A DNA stretch of 64,000 bases from Methylococcaceae bacterium (lineage in GTDB: Bacteria; Pseudomonadota; Gammaproteobacteria; Methylococcales; Methylomonadaceae), in assembly GCA_030626845.1 (NCBI GenBank), contig DAOUTG010000001.1:24974-88973 (forward strand). Direction: 5' to 3'. Under the pieces are notes generated by a model, which saw only the letters and a program-made list of their open reading frames with translations, was not told where the DNA came from and did not search any database. Made by a program: the position numbers and the translations under genes. Positions 59,928 to 64,000 of the stretch are shown one piece after another. Position 1 is the first letter of the stretch, and each line of letters opens with the position of its first letter.

Positions 59928-62900
59928 TTAATTGTTTGATTTTTGAAAAGCCTGTAGAGCCTCAACAAGTCGTTTCATTTCAGTTTCTAATTCAGTTAAT
60001 AATTGGCTCGCCTGTTCAATGTTCCCAGATTTCCCCATCTTATCAAGTTTAGAGGCTAATTCAACGACATTTTTAGCCCCAAAATTTGCTGAAGAACCTT
60101 TGATTAAATGACCTATATCACTAATAGCTTCTGCATTACCTAAATTAACTTCTCGCCATGCTTTTGATAGTGTTTCTTCATATTTCTCTATATAGACATC
60201 AATGACCCGATGAAGTAACGCGTTACTTCCACCGAGTAAACTAAGGGCTAGCTCTAAATTAAAAATAGCCTCAGTATTTTGAGGTTTAGCTAATTTAGTT
60301 TCAGTTTCTATAGGGAGAATTTTAATTAATATTTTGATTAATTCAGCAAGATTAATTGGTTTTGCGGTGTAGTAATTCATTCCAGAAGATAAACACAGAT
60401 CTATATCTTCTTTCATTGCCTGTGCTGTCAAGGCAACAATAGGAATAGCTTTAGATTGAGTTGATTGTTCTAATTTACGAATAGCGGCTGTTGCTTCTAA
60501 GCCATCCATTTCAGGCATTCTAATATCCATTAAAATAACATCAAATTTATTTTTTTGATAAGCTTCAACCGCTTTTTTACCATTATCTACAATCGTAAGC
60601 TGGGTAATACCTTGTTGCTTTAATAAACCACACGCAACTTCTTGATTAGTTAGATTATCTTCTGCTAATAATATTCGCATACTTGAGTTAAGTAAATAAT
60701 TATCATATTGAACGGAATCTTTAATCACTTGTTTTGAATTGCAAACAAAGTATTCAATTTTTTCTAATAATTGTGATTGTTGTACAGGTTTGGCTAAAAA
60801 GCTATCAATTAGATGTTCAATGTCATCTGCTTCAACTTCTGCAATTGAAGTAACTGTGGAGAGTAAAATAATGGGAATATCTTTCCAGTCGGTATTACTG
60901 CGTACACGTTTAGCAAGTTCTAAACTTGTTAATTCAGACATTTGGTAATCGGTAATAATCAATTGAAATGCTGTTTTTGTTTCTTGCGCTTGTTGTAGTG
61001 CATTTAATGCCGCTTCGAGGGTTTTAACGATAACGGGTTTCATATTCCAATTAAGTAAAATTTCTTTGAGAACAGAACTATGGGTCGCATTATCACCGAC
61101 TACTAAAATATGACTTGTTTTTCCACAACCAACGATTGGTTTTGATTCAGTTACATTCTTTTTATTTAGTTTTTTTAAAGCAACGGTAAAATGAAAAACA
61201 CTCCCTTTCCCTAATTCACTTTCCAGCCATATTTTTCCACCCATTAATTTAACTAGATGGTAAGAAATAGATAAGCCTAAACCTGTCCCCCCATAATGGC
61301 GTGTCATTGAAACATCTGATTGATTAAAAGCTTCAAAAATTTTATTTTGCTTATCCTTATCAATTCCTATGCCTGTATCGTGTACAGAAAAATGCAATAA
61401 TATCGTATTTTCTTTTTTTGTTTGTTTATTATCTTTTGAGTATTCAACTTTAATTAAAATTTCACCTTGCTTAGTAAATTTTATTGCATTTCCAACCAAA
61501 TTAATAATTATTTGTTGTATCCGTGCATTATCACCAATAATATTTTTTGGGAGTTCACTCGCAATTGAACAAATTAATTCAAGATCTTTTTCATGCGCTC
61601 GCATTGCAATCGCTGTTGCAGTACTTTCAATGCTATCTCGTAATATAAAAGTATGAAAATCAAGTTCCATTTTTTTAGCCTCAATTTTAGAAAAATCAAG
61701 AATATCATTAATGACATTGAGTAATAATTCAGCAGATTGATTAGCAACGCTTAAAAAGCGTAATTGTTGCGTATCTAATTGAGTTCCTAAAGCCAGTTCA
61801 ATCATTCCAATCACCCCATTTAAAGGGGTACGGATTTCATGACTCATATTGGCTAAAAATTCTGATTTTGCTTGGCTTGCAGCTTCTGCATCTTTTTTAG
61901 CTTGTTTGAGTTCGGATTCTTTCTGCTTACGCTCAGAAATATTTCTAACAACCCCTAAAAAAATAGTTTGGTTATCTATTTGGATTTCACTAACACCTAA
62001 CTCCATTGGAAATGTAGATCCATCTTTACAACGCCCCCTAACCTGACGATTAATGCCAATAACTTTACGGTTACCTGTTTTAATATAAGCCATTAAATAA
62101 CCATCATGTTCTTTGGCAAAAGGATTAGGCATTAATAGGGAGATATTTTTTCCTATAACTTCATCAGAAGAATACTGAAAAACAAGTTCGGCCGCTCTAT
62201 TAAAAGAAAGGACAATCCCTTGTGGATTAATCGTAATCAAACCATCAACCACATTATCAACAATCGCTTTTTGATAGATCTCTGAATCTTGTAACGCTTT
62301 TTCCGAAGAGAGACGTTCTTGATCTAGTCGTTGTTCAAGTTGGCGAAAGGAGGCCAACATACTAATAAAAAGACCGACTAGAACGGTAATATAACTGGCT
62401 TTTTTAAGTAAATGAGCACTATCAAACTCACTATCAAATAGTGTATTTGAAAATGGCATAAACAATGTTTGAGCAATAATATTAATAATAAGTGTGATCA
62501 CTAGCCAATGCTCAAAAGTATCATTTCGCCAATGACCTTTTTTTAAATAACCGATTAATGCCGCAATAAAAAATAAGGCAGGGACTATTTCTTGAGGGCG
62601 ATAAACAATAAAATTAAGATAATAAGCAGGGGGTAAAGGAACGAAAATAAAAAACAAAAAACTGGTAAAGGTTGCAAGCGCGATAAAGCTAAAAACAGTT
62701 TTTTCTTTTAATATGCCTTTAGCGCCTAAATGTTGCTCTCTTTTCCAAGCAAGATAACTTAACCAGAGTACAATTGATAAAAATAAACGGGGGGCAATCC
62801 AACTCCAAGGACTTAAGGCAGGTAATTCAGAAGGTAAATAACTTTTAAACCAAGTCGATGTCACCAAAGCATGATAAGCATCTAAACTGGCAGTACCAAT

Positions 62901-63137
62901 AAAACCCGCACCGATAATTAAGAACGTATTATTTTTCCGACTATGAAAACGTACCAAAGCCATAGAACCAACCATAAGAGCTAATAAGGTCGCCGTAATT
63001 TCCATTGCGGTATGTAATTGTTCAGAGCCTCGCCAACTAGAGTCACGTAAAAAAAAAGAACTAAAAGTTAATAATAAAGTGATTAACCAATAAACCGTGG
63101 CACGATTAGGATAAATTTTATGGGTATTATTAAACAT
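59928..63137 (-). CDS. hybrid sensor histidine kinase (polytopic N-domain, PAS, HisKA, HATPase, 2x REC, HPt)
   Basis: About 270 aa of multi-transmembrane sensor (MASE3-like), then a PAS domain. H-box 'SHEIRTPLNG' and 'GGTGLGLSI'. REC aspartates in 'LIITDYQM' and 'VILMDIRMPEMDG'. HPt 'HLIKGSSANFGA'. Confidence 0.9.
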   Translation of the reverse strand: MFNNTHKIYPNRATVYWLITLLLTFSSFFLRDSSWRGSEQLHTAMEITATLLALMVGSMALVRFHSRKNNTFLIIGAGFIGTASLDAYHALVTSTWFKSYLPSELPALSPWSWIAPRLFLSIVLWLSYLAWKREQHLGAKGILKEKTVFSFIALATFTSFLFFIFVPLPPAYYLNFIVYRPQEIVPALFFIAALIGYLKKGHWRNDTFEHWLVITLIINIIAQTLFMPFSNTLFDSEFDSAHLLKKASYITVLVGLFISMLASFRQLEQRLDQERLSSEKALQDSEIYQKAIVDNVVDGLITINPQGIVLSFNRAAELVFQYSSDEVIGKNISLLMPNPFAKEHDGYLMAYIKTGNRKVIGINRQVRGRCKDGSTFPMELGVSEIQIDNQTIFLGVVRNISERKQKESELKQAKKDAEAASQAKSEFLANMSHEIRTPLNGVIGMIELALGTQLDTQQLRFLSVANQSAELLLNVINDILDFSKIEAKKMELDFHTFILRDSIESTATAIAMRAHEKDLELICSIASELPKNIIGDNARIQQIIINLVGNAIKFTKQGEILIKVEYSKDNKQTKKENTILLHFSVHDTGIGIDKDKQNKIFEAFNQSDVSMTRHYGGTGLGLSISYHLVKLMGGKIWLESELGKGSVFHFTVALKKLNKKNVTESKPIVGCGKTSHILVVGDNATHSSVLKEILLNWNMKPVIVKTLEAALNALQQAQETKTAFQLIITDYQMSELTSLELAKRVRSNTDWKDIPIILLSTVTSIAEVEADDIEHLIDSFLAKPVQQSQLLEKIEYFVCNSKQVIKDSVQYDNYLLNSSMRILLAEDNLTNQEVACGLLKQQGITQLTIVDNGKKAVEAYQKNKFDVILMDIRMPEMDGLEATAAIRKLEQSTQSKAIPIVALTAQAMKEDIDLCLSSGMNYYTAKPINLAELIKILIKILPIETETKLAKPQNTEAIFNLELALSLLGGSNALLHRVIDVYIEKYEETLSKAWREVNLGNAEAISDIGHLIKGSSANFGAKNVVELASKLDKMGKSGNIEQASQLLTELETEMKRLVEALQAFQKSNN

Positions 63138-63205
63138 TATTTTCTCTGATTTAATAGTCGATTACAGCTTTTGAATATTATAAAGGGTGTTTTGGATTCA
63201 GTAGT

Positions 63206-63712
63206 TTATATTACAGGCATTTTAGATATTAATCGTTGGATTTCTTTTTCCATCACCATTATTTCAAATAGCCCCGTTTTTTTTAAACTAATTTGACCTT
63301 GAGGATTAATTAAAAACGTTGTTGGGGTTAGCTGAACGTTACCAAATGCTTTGGCGTGTTTTCCACGTAAATCTAAAGCAAGATCATAAGGAATTTGTTT
63401 ATTTTTACCCATGGCAACCACATGATTGGGTAAATCATAATACAGGGACACTGAAATAATTTCTAAACCCTGTGAATGATAGTTATCATACAGTTCAATG
63501 AGATGTGGCACTTCTTCTATACAGCTTTTACAATCGGTCGCCCAAAAATTAATAATCACTATTTTTCCGCGTAAACTGTTCAAAACAATTTTTTTACCTG
63601 TAATTGAAGTAAAAGTAACTTCAGGTGCAGGGGGTAATATTTGTGAATACCAACGACCTAATGCGATCACTAAAACGATAAAAAAAATAGCAAGACTGTA
63701 TTTGAATTTCAT
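63206..63712 (-). CDS. TlpA-like thiol-disulfide oxidoreductase (signal-anchored)
   Basis: 'WATDCKSC' CxxC thioredoxin motif. ATG 63712 gives an 'MKFKYSLAIFFIVLVIALG' anchor; upstream in-frame ATGs at 63757 and 63772 are possible. Confidence 0.7.
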   Translation of the reverse strand: MKFKYSLAIFFIVLVIALGRWYSQILPPAPEVTFTSITGKKIVLNSLRGKIVIINFWATDCKSCIEEVPHLIELYDNYHSQGLEIISVSLYYDLPNHVVAMGKNKQIPYDLALDLRGKHAKAFGNVQLTPTTFLINPQGQISLKKTGLFEIMVMEKEIQRLISKMPVI

Positions 63713-63797
63713 ACATTGTTTTAAAATTAAGATGAGAGAAAATAGGCTATAGCGCATGATACAATGAACCATACTATTTCAACAAGCTAGGTACATT

Positions 63798-64000
63798 ATG
63801 AAAATAGCGATTGTTAAATTATCGGCTTTAGGGGATATTGTTCATGCGATGGTTGCCTTACAATTCATTAAGCACCACGATAGCACCATTCAAATTGATT
63901 GGATAGTTGAAGAAGGTTTTAGGGGCGTTTTAGAGCATAATCCTGATATTAATCATATTCTGACGGTTAATTTGAAAGCTTTAAAAGAGAATAAAAAAAA
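63798..64000 (+). CDS. waaC: LPS heptosyltransferase I, 5' part (runs off window)
   Basis: 'MKIAIVKLSALGDIVHAMVAL...IDWIVEEGF' parallels E. coli WaaC 'MRVLIVKTSSMGDVLH...FDWVVEEGF'. Confidence 0.8.
   Translation, partial: MKIAIVKLSALGDIVHAMVALQFIKHHDSTIQIDWIVEEGFRGVLEHNPDINHILTVNLKALKENKK

Overview
AT-rich (judged by eye) chromosomal window that looks gammaproteobacterial, dense with conserved housekeeping genes, most of them on the minus strand. All calls rest on motif recognition in the supplied translations and on reading the DNA; no searches were run.

Gene order, left to right:
- 5'-truncated PP2C-HATPase fusion, then a small membrane protein
- SAM methyltransferase coupled to a 12-heme c-type cytochrome
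- yicC back-to-back with a stand-alone Ser/Thr kinase
- SDR plus spore-photoproduct-lyase-like radical SAM pair, then selO
- ackA-xfp (phosphoketolase shunt)
- rplT-rpmI-infC-thrS-tRNA-Val
- Zur box, then znuD-like TonB receptor, zur and an asparaginase-like gene
- tnpB 3' relic, an orphan B12-radical SAM gene, a 14-bp x3 tandem repeat and a lipoprotein
- purA-hisZ-hflC-hflK-hflX-hfq
- 909-bp non-coding AT-rich spacer
- DciA-like gene, then the dcw block lpxC-ftsZ-ftsA-ftsQ-ddl-murB-murC-murG-ftsW-murD-mraY-murF-murE, which lacks ftsI/ftsL/rsmH/mraZ
- acnB and a second tnpB relic
- gpsA-secB-rhodanese-ArsR(BigR/SqrR-like)
- dsbD-tlpA-yihY, glmU, acyP-rlmL
- hybrid histidine kinase, a second TlpA-like gene, and the start of waaC

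I see no CRISPR array, intact mobile element, prophage or recognisable defence system. The best candidates for something undescribed are modest:
- the dodecaheme cytochrome coupled to a methyltransferase
- the SDR/SPL-like cassette bracketed by a shared 14-nt core
- the 909-bp spacer with a candidate sRNA
- the persulfide-sensor-like ArsR heading the rhodanese-secB-gpsA array
- the two tnpB 3' relics at synteny junctions
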